Shown here: positions 56,080 through 64,000 of the stretch, one piece after another
Layout of the letters: each line of letters opens with the position of its first letter
Position numbering within the stretch: position 1 is the stretch's first letter
From: an uncultured Nitrospirales bacterium
GTDB lineage: Bacteria > Nitrospirota > Nitrospiria > Nitrospirales > NS-4
Reading direction: 5' to 3'
DNA length: 64,000 nucleotides
Assembly: GCA_964472655.1 (NCBI GenBank)
Contig: CAYYLQ010000002.1
Location: 66,295 to 130,294, forward strand
Notes under the pieces: generated by a model
Seen by the model: only the letters and a program-made list of their open reading frames with translations
What the model was told of the DNA's origin: nothing
Database searches by the model: none
Position numbers and translations under genes: made by a program

Positions 56080-57663
56080 GTGTATCGCCGGCGGGTGCCG
56101 GAAGACGCGATCATTTCCTGGGAACTCGCCCGCTTTTGCACCGGCCTATCGCATGAGATCGGCCGCCAGATCGGGGTGCTGATCAACCGGCGCGGGGCCG
56201 TTGAGGACGTGATCGTCGGCAACGACCGCGAAGTCGTACTGCCGGATCTGTCGGGGTATCGCCTGGGGCGGCGATCGCTGCGCGGTCTCCGGCTGGTCCA
56301 CACGCATCTTCGCGACGAGCCGCTGAGCCAGGACGACCTGACCGATCTGGCGCTCCTGCGGCTCGACCTAATGGCCGCCGTCGGCGTCAAAGGCGACGGC
56401 CAGCCTGGGCACCTGTACGCCGCGAACATCCTGCCTCCCAATCAAGCCGGCAAACCTTATGAAGTCTGGAAACCCGTCGCCCTGCAGGAGTGCGACGTGC
56501 GCCTGGGGGAATTTCTAAACGCTCTCGAAGAAGAATTGAGCCGCACCAGGCCCGCGCATCTGGTGAACGACTTCCAGGAGCAGGCCATTTTGGTCAGCGT
56601 CTCCAGACAGCACCTGGCCGATCAGGAAGAGTCGCTTGTGGAGCTGGCGGAGCTCGCGCGCTCGGCGGGCCTGGTGGTTCTGGACCAGGTTGTCCAGCGG
56701 CCGCAGGCGATTCATTCCAAGTATCTGCTGGGCAGCGGCAAGCTCAAGGAGGTGGTGATCAAAGCGCTTCAGCACGGGGTGGACTTCCTCGTCTTCGACC
56801 AGGACCTCACGCCGGCCCAGGCGACCGCGATCGCGGAGGTCACGGAGCTGAAGGTCATTGACCGGACGCAACTGATCCTCGATATCTTCAGCCGGCGGGC
56901 CCACAGCCGGGAGGGGAAGATTCAGGTCGAGCTGGCCCAGTTGCGCTATCTCCTGCCGCGTCTCACGGGACACGGGACGGCGATGTCGAGGCTAGCGGGC
57001 GGCATCGGGGGGCGCGGCCCGGGCGAGACGAAACTGGAAGTGGATCGCCGGCGGGTACGGGATCGGATCACGCATCTCGAAAAACAGATCGAGGCGCTGG
57101 CCAGGAATCGCGCCCAGCAACGGGCCCGTCGGCTACGCCGAGACGTCCCGATCATCTCGATCGTCGGCTACACGAACGCGGGAAAATCCACGTTGCTGAA
57201 TGTTCTGACCCGCAGCCGGGTCACGGCGCACGATCGCCTCTTCGACACCTTGGATACTGCCAGCCGCCGGTTGCGGTTCCCGGCGGAGCGGGAGGCGGTC
57301 GTGACCGACACGGTCGGGTTCCTTCGGAATCTCCCCGAGGAGCTGATGGGCGCGTTTCGCGCCACGCTCGAGGAACTGCACGATGCCGATCTGCTACTCC
57401 ATGTCGCCGATATCAGCAATCCGAACCTGGAGCAGCAGGTGGCGGTGGTGGAGGGGATTCTCCGGGAGCTGGGCCTTGAGCGAGTGCCCCGCGTGCTGGC
57501 CTTGAACAAGGCTGATCGGGTCGATCCGGCCCAGGCATCCATCCTCAGCGCGCGGCTGGGCGGGTTGGCAGTTGCGGCCGTGCGACCGGAGACGCTGATT
57601 CCGCTTTTGGAAGCGGTCGAAAAGCGGCTCTGGAGTTTGACCCGAGCCGGCCTTCCCTGCTAA
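56080..57663 (+). CDS. hflX: GTPase HflX with an additional N-terminal region
   Basis: G1 GYTNAGKST, G3 DTVGF, G4 NKAD. HflX N-domain (AILVSV...GSGKLKEV). The start is uncertain: GTG 56080 is the first in-frame canonical start after the tsaD stop. Confidence 0.8.
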   Translation: MYRRRVPEDAIISWELARFCTGLSHEIGRQIGVLINRRGAVEDVIVGNDREVVLPDLSGYRLGRRSLRGLRLVHTHLRDEPLSQDDLTDLALLRLDLMAAVGVKGDGQPGHLYAANILPPNQAGKPYEVWKPVALQECDVRLGEFLNALEEELSRTRPAHLVNDFQEQAILVSVSRQHLADQEESLVELAELARSAGLVVLDQVVQRPQAIHSKYLLGSGKLKEVVIKALQHGVDFLVFDQDLTPAQATAIAEVTELKVIDRTQLILDIFSRRAHSREGKIQVELAQLRYLLPRLTGHGTAMSRLAGGIGGRGPGETKLEVDRRRVRDRITHLEKQIEALARNRAQQRARRLRRDVPIISIVGYTNAGKSTLLNVLTRSRVTAHDRLFDTLDTASRRLRFPAEREAVVTDTVGFLRNLPEELMGAFRATLEELHDADLLLHVADISNPNLEQQVAVVEGILRELGLERVPRVLALNKADRVDPAQASILSARLGGLAVAAVRPETLIPLLEAVEKRLWSLTRAGLPC

Positions 57664-57686
57664 CATACCCCATTCTTTTCAAGGCG

Positions 57687-58328
57687 ATGGGTCGCTCCGT
57701 AGACATGGCGAGCCGGCTCCTAAAGCTGCTTGATGAGGAAATCCCGAACCCGAAGGTGGCTCTCCACTATAAGACTCCGTTCCAACTGCTGGTGGCCACG
57801 ATCCTGTCGGCCCAGTGCACGGATGAGCGGGTGAACCGGGTGACTTCGGGATTGTTTGTCCGGTATCGGACGGCTCAAGACTATGCGAACGCCGATCCGT
57901 CCGTTCTTGAGAAGGAAATTCGCGCGACGGGGTTCTATAAGGCGAAAGCCAGGAGTCTCATCCGTTGTGGGCAGGCCTTGGTTAGCCGGTTCGCTGGGCA
58001 GGTGCCGGGGACGATGGAAGAGCTGGTCACCCTGCCCGGCGTGGGGCGTAAGACGGCCAACGTCGTGCTCGGCAATTGTTTCGGGGTGCCCTCGGTGGTC
58101 GTCGACACGCACGTGAAGCGCGTCACCCGGCGACTGGGGCTGGTGGACACGGAAGACCCCGAGAAGATCGAGCGTGCGTTGCAGCGCGCGTTGCCGAAGG
58201 CCTCCTGGACGAGGGGCTCGCACCAGCTGCTGTTGCACGGGCGGCATATCTGCCGGGCGCGCGCGCCTCAGTGCCATGAATGCCGGCTGTATGCGCTGTG
58301 CCCCTGGGAAGGGAAACGCCCGACATGA
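57687..58328 (+). CDS. nth: Endonuclease III
   Basis: HhH-GPD motif (LVTLPGVGRKTANVVL). C-terminal Cx6Cx2Cx5C 4Fe-4S motif (CRARAPQCHECRLYALC). Confidence 0.9.
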   Translation: MGRSVDMASRLLKLLDEEIPNPKVALHYKTPFQLLVATILSAQCTDERVNRVTSGLFVRYRTAQDYANADPSVLEKEIRATGFYKAKARSLIRCGQALVSRFAGQVPGTMEELVTLPGVGRKTANVVLGNCFGVPSVVVDTHVKRVTRRLGLVDTEDPEKIERALQRALPKASWTRGSHQLLLHGRHICRARAPQCHECRLYALCPWEGKRPT

Positions 58329-59218
58329 TCAGGAGCATGACCGGGTATGGCCGGGCCGAAGGCCGCCATAAGAGCACGCCGATCACCGCGGAAGTCCGGT
58401 CGGTGAATCATCGCCATAGCGAGGTCGTGGCGAAGTTGCCCCGCGTCTTGCAGGCCCATGAAGACCGGATCCGCAACTTGATCCAGTCCCACGTGGCCCG
58501 CGGACGGGTGGACGTGACGGTGAACTTCAGCGGCGAGCGGGACCCCGGACGGGGGCTTGTTCTGGACAGGGCGTTGGCACGCCGGTACCGCGCGCTGCTC
58601 AAGGAACTGCAGCAGGAACTCGGTCTGAAAGGGACGTTGGACGTGGCGCTGCTGGCCGGCTTTCGGGATATCATCAAGCCGGCCGAGTTGGCGCCCGAAG
58701 ATCCCGGAGCGGCGCGCGCGGCGGAAAAGGTGTTGGAGCGGGCGCTGAAGGCACTGGATCGCATGCGCCGGCATGAAGGCCGCACGCTGGAGCGGGACCT
58801 GTTGACCCGGCTGCAGGAGATCGTCGGCCATCTGCGGACGGTCCGGCTCCGGTTGCCCGACATCGTGCAGGAGCGACAGGCGCGGTTGCAGGAACGGGTC
58901 AATCGGTTGCTGGAGAACTCGGGTGGAGGAAAGGACGGGGTGGACCAGAGCCGGGTTGCGCAGGAAGTGGCGTTGCTGGCCGATCGGAGCGACGTGAGCG
59001 AGGAACTGACCAGGCTGGACAGCCATCTGGACCAGTTCAGGAATTTCCTTCACAAGTCGGAGCCGGTGGGACGCAGCTTGGACTTCCTGCTGCAGGAGAT
59101 GAACCGGGAAGTCAACACGATCGGCTCGAAGATCGGCGACACGGCCGTGACGCAGGAGATCGTCGCGCTGAAGGCGGAATTCGAGAAGATCCGCGAGCAG
59201 GTGCAGAATGTCGAGTAG
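58325..59218 (+). CDS. yicC: YicC-family protein
   Basis: N-terminus MIRSMTGYGRAEG. C-terminal EMNREVNTIGSK block. ATGA overlap with nth. Confidence 0.85.
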   Translation: MIRSMTGYGRAEGRHKSTPITAEVRSVNHRHSEVVAKLPRVLQAHEDRIRNLIQSHVARGRVDVTVNFSGERDPGRGLVLDRALARRYRALLKELQQELGLKGTLDVALLAGFRDIIKPAELAPEDPGAARAAEKVLERALKALDRMRRHEGRTLERDLLTRLQEIVGHLRTVRLRLPDIVQERQARLQERVNRLLENSGGGKDGVDQSRVAQEVALLADRSDVSEELTRLDSHLDQFRNFLHKSEPVGRSLDFLLQEMNREVNTIGSKIGDTAVTQEIVALKAEFEKIREQVQNVE

Positions 59219-59858
59219 AAGCGTGCCCGACAGACGCCGCCATGGGACGCTCTTCGTCGTGTCGGCTCCTTCCGGCGCCGGCAAGACCTCTCTTTGCCAT
59301 GAGCTCGTCGCACGCCTGCCGGACTTGCGCTATTCAGTCTCGTGTACCACGCGTAAGCCTCGTCCGGGCGAGATGGAATCCCGCGATTATCACTTTGTGG
59401 ATGAAGCGGCGTTTCGGGGGATGATCAAGGAGGGCGCGTTTCTGGAGTGGGCCGAGGTCTACGGAAACCTTTACGGGACGCCTCGGGCGCCCATTCGGGA
59501 GTGGATCGTGCAGGGGGTCGATGTCCTGCTCGACATCGATACCCAAGGGGCATTGCAGATACGGCGGCATGAGCCGGAGGCGGTTTCGATCTACGTCCTG
59601 CCGCCGTCCCTGGAAGTGCTCCGCCATCGCCTGGAGGATCGCAAAGGAGATTCCCCCGAAGAAATCGCCAGAAGGTTGAAAAAGGCGAAGGACGAAGTGA
59701 AGCATTATCATGATTATATGCATGTTATTATCAATGATGACTTTAAGTTTTCAGTTCGTCAGCTTGAGGCGATTGTGCTGGCCGAGCGTACGAGGACGGC
59801 CGTGCTGGACCTGTCGATGCTGGAAGGGGACCTATTGGGGAATGAGGGGGGATGTTAA
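59208..59858 (+). CDS. gmk: Guanylate kinase
   Basis: P-loop SAPSGAGKTS, then TTRKPRPGE and YHFV blocks. Confidence 0.9.
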   Translation: MSSRSVPDRRRHGTLFVVSAPSGAGKTSLCHELVARLPDLRYSVSCTTRKPRPGEMESRDYHFVDEAAFRGMIKEGAFLEWAEVYGNLYGTPRAPIREWIVQGVDVLLDIDTQGALQIRRHEPEAVSIYVLPPSLEVLRHRLEDRKGDSPEEIARRLKKAKDEVKHYHDYMHVIINDDFKFSVRQLEAIVLAERTRTAVLDLSMLEGDLLGNEGGC

Positions 59859-60221
59859 ATGGACGCATTGTCGCTGTTGCCGGATTATGAGAAGGTGCCC
59901 GTTGAGTCGCGGAGCCGTTTGGTCATTATCACGGCCCAGCGGGCTCGGCAGTTGATGCAGGGCGCCCGTCCTGCACTGCCGACCAGGCACGCCAAGCCCA
60001 CGACGATCGCGCTGGAGGAAATGCTCAAGGGCAAAATTGAATTCCTCGTCGGCAAAGAGGCTCGCCAAGCCATGAAGGAGGCCCGCAAGCAGCGCGAACG
60101 CGAGCTTGAGAAGCTGACCATGGCCCAGGTCGCGGGCGCGGACGCCGCCGAGATCAAGAAAGACCTGAGCGTCGTCGTGGACGACTCTCCCAAGCCGGTG
60201 GAGGCGAGTGAAGACGACTGA
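59859..60221 (+). CDS. rpoZ: DNA-directed RNA polymerase subunit omega
   Basis: SRSRLVIITAQRARQLMQGARP is the conserved RpoZ core. It lies directly after gmk, the classical gmk-rpoZ arrangement. Confidence 0.85.
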   Translation: MDALSLLPDYEKVPVESRSRLVIITAQRARQLMQGARPALPTRHAKPTTIALEEMLKGKIEFLVGKEARQAMKEARKQRERELEKLTMAQVAGADAAEIKKDLSVVVDDSPKPVEASEDD

Positions 60222-61503
60222 TCGCACTGCCCGGGCGCCGAGCGGACGTTTCCGGGAGAAAACGATCGTGCTGGGCGTGACCGGGAGCATCGCTGCCTAC
60301 AAGGCGGTGTCGCTGGCGCGGCGTCTGATGGCCGGAGGATCAGCCGTGCACGTGGTCATGACGCACACCGCGCAGCGGTTCATCACGCCGTTGACCTTTG
60401 AGGCCGTCACCGGCCACCCGGTCGGAACAGACCTTTTTGCACAGGAAAGCCAAACAGCGGGTGCGGGAGGGGCGCCTTGGGCGGGGCCCCCTCCTGCTCC
60501 GATGGTCATGCCGCACCTCGCCCTGGCGGAATCGGCTGATCTGATTGCGATCGCGCCCGCGTCGGCCCACTGTGTTGCCAAGCTGGCGCACGGGCTTGCC
60601 GACGATTTGCTCTCCACGTTGGTATTGGCGGCGGAGTGCCCGGTGGTGGTGGCGCCGGCCATGGACGGCGGTATGTGGACCCATCCGGCGGTATGCGACA
60701 ACGTATTGACGCTCAGGCGGCGCGGTGTCATCGTGCTGGAGCCTGAGGTGGGGCCGTTGGCCTCCGGCCGGGTCGGCAAGGGGCGCCTTCCGGAAGAAGA
60801 CGCGATTCTGTCGGCGATCTCGGGGGCGCTGCACCCCGTCAAGGATTTCAGAGACCGACGGGTGCTCATCACGGGCGGTCCGACGCACGAAGCGCTCGAC
60901 CCAGTCCGGTTCATCTCGAACCGCTCCTCCGGGAAAATGGGCTGGGCGCTCGCCGAAGCCGCGCGCGACCGCGGAGCCGAAGTCGTCCTGATTGCGGGCC
61001 CAACCGGCCTGCCGCCGGTTCCCAACACGACCCTTGTATCGGTCCTGACCTCAGAGGAAATGCGGAAGGAAGTGATCACCAGGTTTTCCGATGCCGATGT
61101 CCTGATCATGGCGGCGGCGGTCGCCGACTTCAGGCCCGCCCGTCCTGCCCGTGAAAAAATTCCGAAGGGGCGCGGGCCGCGTGCACTGGCGCTCGAACCG
61201 ACGGCGGATATCCTGATGGATCTGCCGCGGCGCCGGGCCGGTCAGCTCGTCGTCGGGTTTGCGGCCGAAACCGGCGATCTCGTCGCGCGCGCCCGGGCCA
61301 AGCTGCGCAGAAAGTCGCTGGACCTGATCGTGGCCAACGATGTCACGGAGCCCGGGGCCGGGTTCGGCACCGAGACGAACCGGGCGACCCTGCTCGATCG
61401 GGCGGGCCGCTGCGATGCGCTGCCGCTCATGTCCAAGCTGGAACTGGCGCACCGGATCCTTGACGCCGTCCTGGAACTCCGGACCAAAGGAGGAACCGAC
61501 TAA
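60208..61503 (+). CDS. coaBC: Bifunctional phosphopantothenoylcysteine decarboxylase / phosphopantothenate-cysteine ligase
   Basis: Flavoprotein domain (LGVTGSIAAYKA) and CoaB domain (FISNRSSGKMG, AAAVADFRP). Confidence 0.9.
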   Translation: MKTTDRTARAPSGRFREKTIVLGVTGSIAAYKAVSLARRLMAGGSAVHVVMTHTAQRFITPLTFEAVTGHPVGTDLFAQESQTAGAGGAPWAGPPPAPMVMPHLALAESADLIAIAPASAHCVAKLAHGLADDLLSTLVLAAECPVVVAPAMDGGMWTHPAVCDNVLTLRRRGVIVLEPEVGPLASGRVGKGRLPEEDAILSAISGALHPVKDFRDRRVLITGGPTHEALDPVRFISNRSSGKMGWALAEAARDRGAEVVLIAGPTGLPPVPNTTLVSVLTSEEMRKEVITRFSDADVLIMAAAVADFRPARPAREKIPKGRGPRALALEPTADILMDLPRRRAGQLVVGFAAETGDLVARARAKLRRKSLDLIVANDVTEPGAGFGTETNRATLLDRAGRCDALPLMSKLELAHRILDAVLELRTKGGTD

Positions 61504-62285
61504 TGGCGGACTCAGCATCGCGCGCGTTTATGACTGAAGCCAAGGAACTTGCGGACGCGGGGCAATTCGGCAAGGCGATCGAAGTGCTCCAGCAAGGATT
61601 GAAGAAGTTTCCCAAAATGGTGAGCGCCCGGGTGCTGCTCGGGGAAATCTATCAAACCTCGGGGGAGCTCGCGTTGGCGCGCGTCGAACTGGAGCAAGTC
61701 ATCAAGACCACGCCGGACAATTTCGCCGCCCATCGCCACCTGGCGAAGGTGTATCTGGAACTGGGAGACAAGCATGCGGCGGCCAAGGCCTGCGAAACCG
61801 TGCTCCAGGCCAATCCCAAGGATCGGGAGATGAAGGACTTGCTTGAGGAATTGCTGAAAGAGCCCGCCGGGGAAAAGCCCCAAGAAGGACACAAGGCGGC
61901 GGCAAAGAAAGCGAAAGGGAAGGATGCGCCGGCGCCCGCCGAACGGCCCGACACGCTCCGTCTTTCAAAGTCTCCTGTCGACGAGCCGGAGCCGCCGGCG
62001 CCCGCCGACAAAGAGATTTCATTCTCCATGGAAGGCTCGAAGGAGGAGACCGACAGCGAGACCCTGGCGGAGCTCTACATCACGCAGGGGCATCGCGACA
62101 AGGGCCTTGAGGTCTACCGCCGTCTTGCCGAAAAGGATCCCGACAACATGACGCTGCACGAGCGGATCATGGCATTGGAAGAAGGAGAAGCATCGCAAGA
62201 GACGCCGGCCCAGGCCTCGCGCAAGGCCCGCATTCGCCGCCTGGAAGGATGGCTCTCCGTGATCCGGGAGCGGCGCCGGTCGTGA
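61503..62285 (+). CDS. TPR-repeat protein
   Basis: TPR-like helical repeats at both ends, separated by a Pro/Ala/Lys/Glu-rich linker. Its start and stop overlap the neighbouring genes (TAATG and GTGA). Confidence 0.6.
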   Translation: MADSASRAFMTEAKELADAGQFGKAIEVLQQGLKKFPKMVSARVLLGEIYQTSGELALARVELEQVIKTTPDNFAAHRHLAKVYLELGDKHAAAKACETVLQANPKDREMKDLLEELLKEPAGEKPQEGHKAAAKKAKGKDAPAPAERPDTLRLSKSPVDEPEPPAPADKEISFSMEGSKEETDSETLAELYITQGHRDKGLEVYRRLAEKDPDNMTLHERIMALEEGEASQETPAQASRKARIRRLEGWLSVIRERRRS

Positions 62286-62737
62286 ACGTGCTCGTCCTCC
62301 ACGGCCCGAACCTCAACCTGTTGGGCACTCGTGAAACAGACGTCTACGGTACGGTCACGCTGGATAAAATCAACGGAGAGGTGGAGTCTCTGGCACGGGA
62401 ACTCGGCGTGGCCGTCACGATTCGCCAGTCGAACGGCGAGGGCGAACTGGTGGAATGGATCCAGAACGCCCGGGGCCGGTACGACGCGCTCGTGATCAAT
62501 CCCGGCGCGTATACCCACACGAGCGTCGCCCTGCGGGACGCCGTGGCGGGGGTCGGGATTCCGACCATCGAGGTGCATCTGTCCAACATCTACCGCCGCG
62601 AGGAATTCCGCCAGCATTCCTATGTCGCCGGCGTGGCGGTCGGCCAGATCTCGGGCTTCGGCGCGGACAGCTACGCGTTGGGACTGAGGGCCGCCGTCGC
62701 GCATCTGCGGGCGCAGCAGGCGACAATCAAAAAGTAG
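62282..62737 (+). CDS. aroQ: Type II 3-dehydroquinate dehydratase
   Basis: [29 protein letters not shown] and IEVHLSNI motifs. GTG 62282. Confidence 0.9.
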   Translation: MNVLVLHGPNLNLLGTRETDVYGTVTLDKINGEVESLARELGVAVTIRQSNGEGELVEWIQNARGRYDALVINPGAYTHTSVALRDAVAGVGIPTIEVHLSNIYRREEFRQHSYVAGVAVGQISGFGADSYALGLRAAVAHLRAQQATIKK

Positions 62738-62770
62738 CAGACGTGAACCAGGAGAAGGAGAGACGCACAC

Positions 62771-63328
62771 GTGATTTCAACGTCGGAATTTCGCAATGGC
62801 GCGAAACTCGAACTGGACGGGGAGCCGTTCACGATCATCGAGTTTCAGCACGTCAAGCCGGGCAAAGGCGGGGCCTTTGTACGGACCAAATTGAAGAGCC
62901 TCAGATCGGGCAACGTCATCGAGCGGACGTACCGGTCGGGAGAAAAACTGCCGTCGCCCGATCTGGACGAGCGGGAGATGACCTTTCTCTACGTGGAAGG
63001 CAAGCAGTACACCTTCATGGACACGACGACCTACGAGCAGTTGACGTTCAGCCGGGATCATCTGGGCGACGGATGGGACCTACTCAAGGAAAACATGACC
63101 GTCAAGCTGTTGCTCCATAAGGGGGAGCCGATCGGCATGGAACTGCCGGTGTTCGTCGAGCTCAAGGTCGTCAAGACCGACCCGGGCGTGCGCGGGGATA
63201 CGGCTTCCGGCGGATCGAAGCCCGCCACGCTCGAAAGCGGGGCGACCATCAAGGTGCCGCTCTATCTTGACGAGGGCGTGGTGGTCAAAGTCGATAGCCG
63301 TACCCGCGAATACGTGGAACGAGCCTGA
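62771..63328 (+). CDS. efp: Elongation factor P
   Basis: FRNGAKLELDGEPF...KPGKGGAFVRTKLK with the conserved modified-Lys loop. Three-domain length of 185 aa. Confidence 0.95.
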   Translation: MISTSEFRNGAKLELDGEPFTIIEFQHVKPGKGGAFVRTKLKSLRSGNVIERTYRSGEKLPSPDLDEREMTFLYVEGKQYTFMDTTTYEQLTFSRDHLGDGWDLLKENMTVKLLLHKGEPIGMELPVFVELKVVKTDPGVRGDTASGGSKPATLESGATIKVPLYLDEGVVVKVDSRTREYVERA

Positions 63329-63849
63329 TGAAGGGCCGCACCTCCAAGCCCGCCAAGAAAGCGGCGAAGCCGGAACCGAAGCCGCGCCCGGACGCCCTGG
63401 TGGAACCGAAGGTCCTGCACGATCTGATCGCGGTCTTCCAGAACGCGAATGTGAGCGATCTCGAAGTGGAACGGAACGGGCTCCGCATCCGGCTGCGGCG
63501 GGAGGGGGCGGGGGCTCCGCTCGCTCCGGTCGAGGTATCTGTCCCGGGTCCGGGCTCGACGGAGGCGCCGCCGGCCGAGCAGCCGACCGAAGGGCTGGTC
63601 ACGATGCGCTCGCCCATCGTGGGCACCTTCTACCGGTCGGCCTCTCCCTATGCCGAGTCCTACGTGGAAGAAGGCGCGTATGTGAAGAAGGGCCAGGTGC
63701 TCTGCATCGTCGAGGCGATGAAGCTGATGAACGAAATCGAGTCCGAGGTGGACGGGCGCGTGGTCAAGATCCTGATGGAGAACGCCAAGCCGGTCGAATA
63801 CGGTGAGCCGCTCTTTCTCATCGAGCCGGGTGCGCAGCCGGAGGGCTGA
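63328..63849 (+). CDS. accB: Acetyl-CoA carboxylase biotin carboxyl carrier protein
   Basis: Biotinyl-lysine motif EAMKLMNEI. Pro/Ala-rich linker. Confidence 0.9.
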   Translation: MKGRTSKPAKKAAKPEPKPRPDALVEPKVLHDLIAVFQNANVSDLEVERNGLRIRLRREGAGAPLAPVEVSVPGPGSTEAPPAEQPTEGLVTMRSPIVGTFYRSASPYAESYVEEGAYVKKGQVLCIVEAMKLMNEIESEVDGRVVKILMENAKPVEYGEPLFLIEPGAQPEG

Positions 63850-63852
63850 AGG

Positions 63853-64000
63853 GTGTTCAAGAAAATCCTCATCGCCAACCGCGGCGAGATCGCGGTGCGG
63901 GTCATCCGGGCCTGCAAGGAGCTCGGCATCCGCAGCGTGGCCGTCCATTCGGAGGTCGACAAGGACTCCGTCCATGTGCGGCTCGCGGACGAGCACCTGT
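63853..64000 (+). CDS. accC: Acetyl-CoA carboxylase biotin carboxylase, N-terminal fragment (continues right of the window)
   Basis: My own translation from GTG 63853 gives [47 protein letters not shown], the classical AccC N-terminus. Confidence 0.9.
   Translation, partial: MFKKILIANRGEIAVRVIRACKELGIRSVAVHSEVDKDSVHVRLADEHL

Noticed and set aside
58268-59284. 338-aa minus-strand ORF opposite yicC
   Set aside because: It is antisense to a gene with clear YicC N- and C-terminal motifs. Its composition is Arg/Pro/Gln/His-rich and no motif is present.

Overview
GC-rich bacterial chromosomal segment that is almost fully coding: about 70 protein genes and 2 tRNAs. I saw no rRNA, CRISPR array, transposase or integrase. 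The gene content includes CydA-like 'bd-like' oxidase subunits with no CydB, a Rieske/cytochrome b module, an NxrC-like heme-b subunit, many c-type cytochromes and hopanoid genes. This suggests a Nitrospira-like (Nitrospirota) nitrite oxidiser, but that taxonomic call is inference only. Layout: (1) 0-5.6 kb holds an OM porin and smc. (2) 5.7-13.7 kb is one tightly coupled plus-strand operon, shc-hpnG-mlaE-mlaF-mlaD-mlaC-Omp85-like-OMP. (3) 13.8-16.9 kb holds dxs-ispG, then tRNA-Cys. (4) 17.0-21.8 kb is a minus-strand orphan lipid operon: MtnX-like HAD phosphatase, class III aminotransferase, alpha/beta hydrolase, KAS II, ACP. (5) 21.9-23.3 kb holds three small unknown or phage-like genes. (6) 23.4-24.8 kb holds hpnH plus a small unknown gene. 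(7) 25.6-36.6 kb is an 11-gene respiratory operon with two CydA-like oxidase paralogs, Rieske, cytochrome b, five c-type cytochromes (6 CxxCH), an EB_dh/NxrC-like subunit and one unknown membrane protein. This operon is the most interesting locus in the window. (8) 36.6-48.3 kb holds ubiA, a caspase-fold lipoprotein lacking the catalytic dyad, tRNA-Thr, a stand-alone cNMP-binding protein, M28 and M48 peptidases, a desaturase, HU, and a CHASE2 adenylate cyclase operon. (9) 48.5-64 kb is housekeeping: fumarase-family lyase, FprA-like reductase, nadK, clpC, tsaD, hflX, nth, yicC, gmk, rpoZ, coaBC, TPR, aroQ, efp, accB, accC (partial). All family calls come from motifs read by eye in the supplied translations. 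No database search was run.
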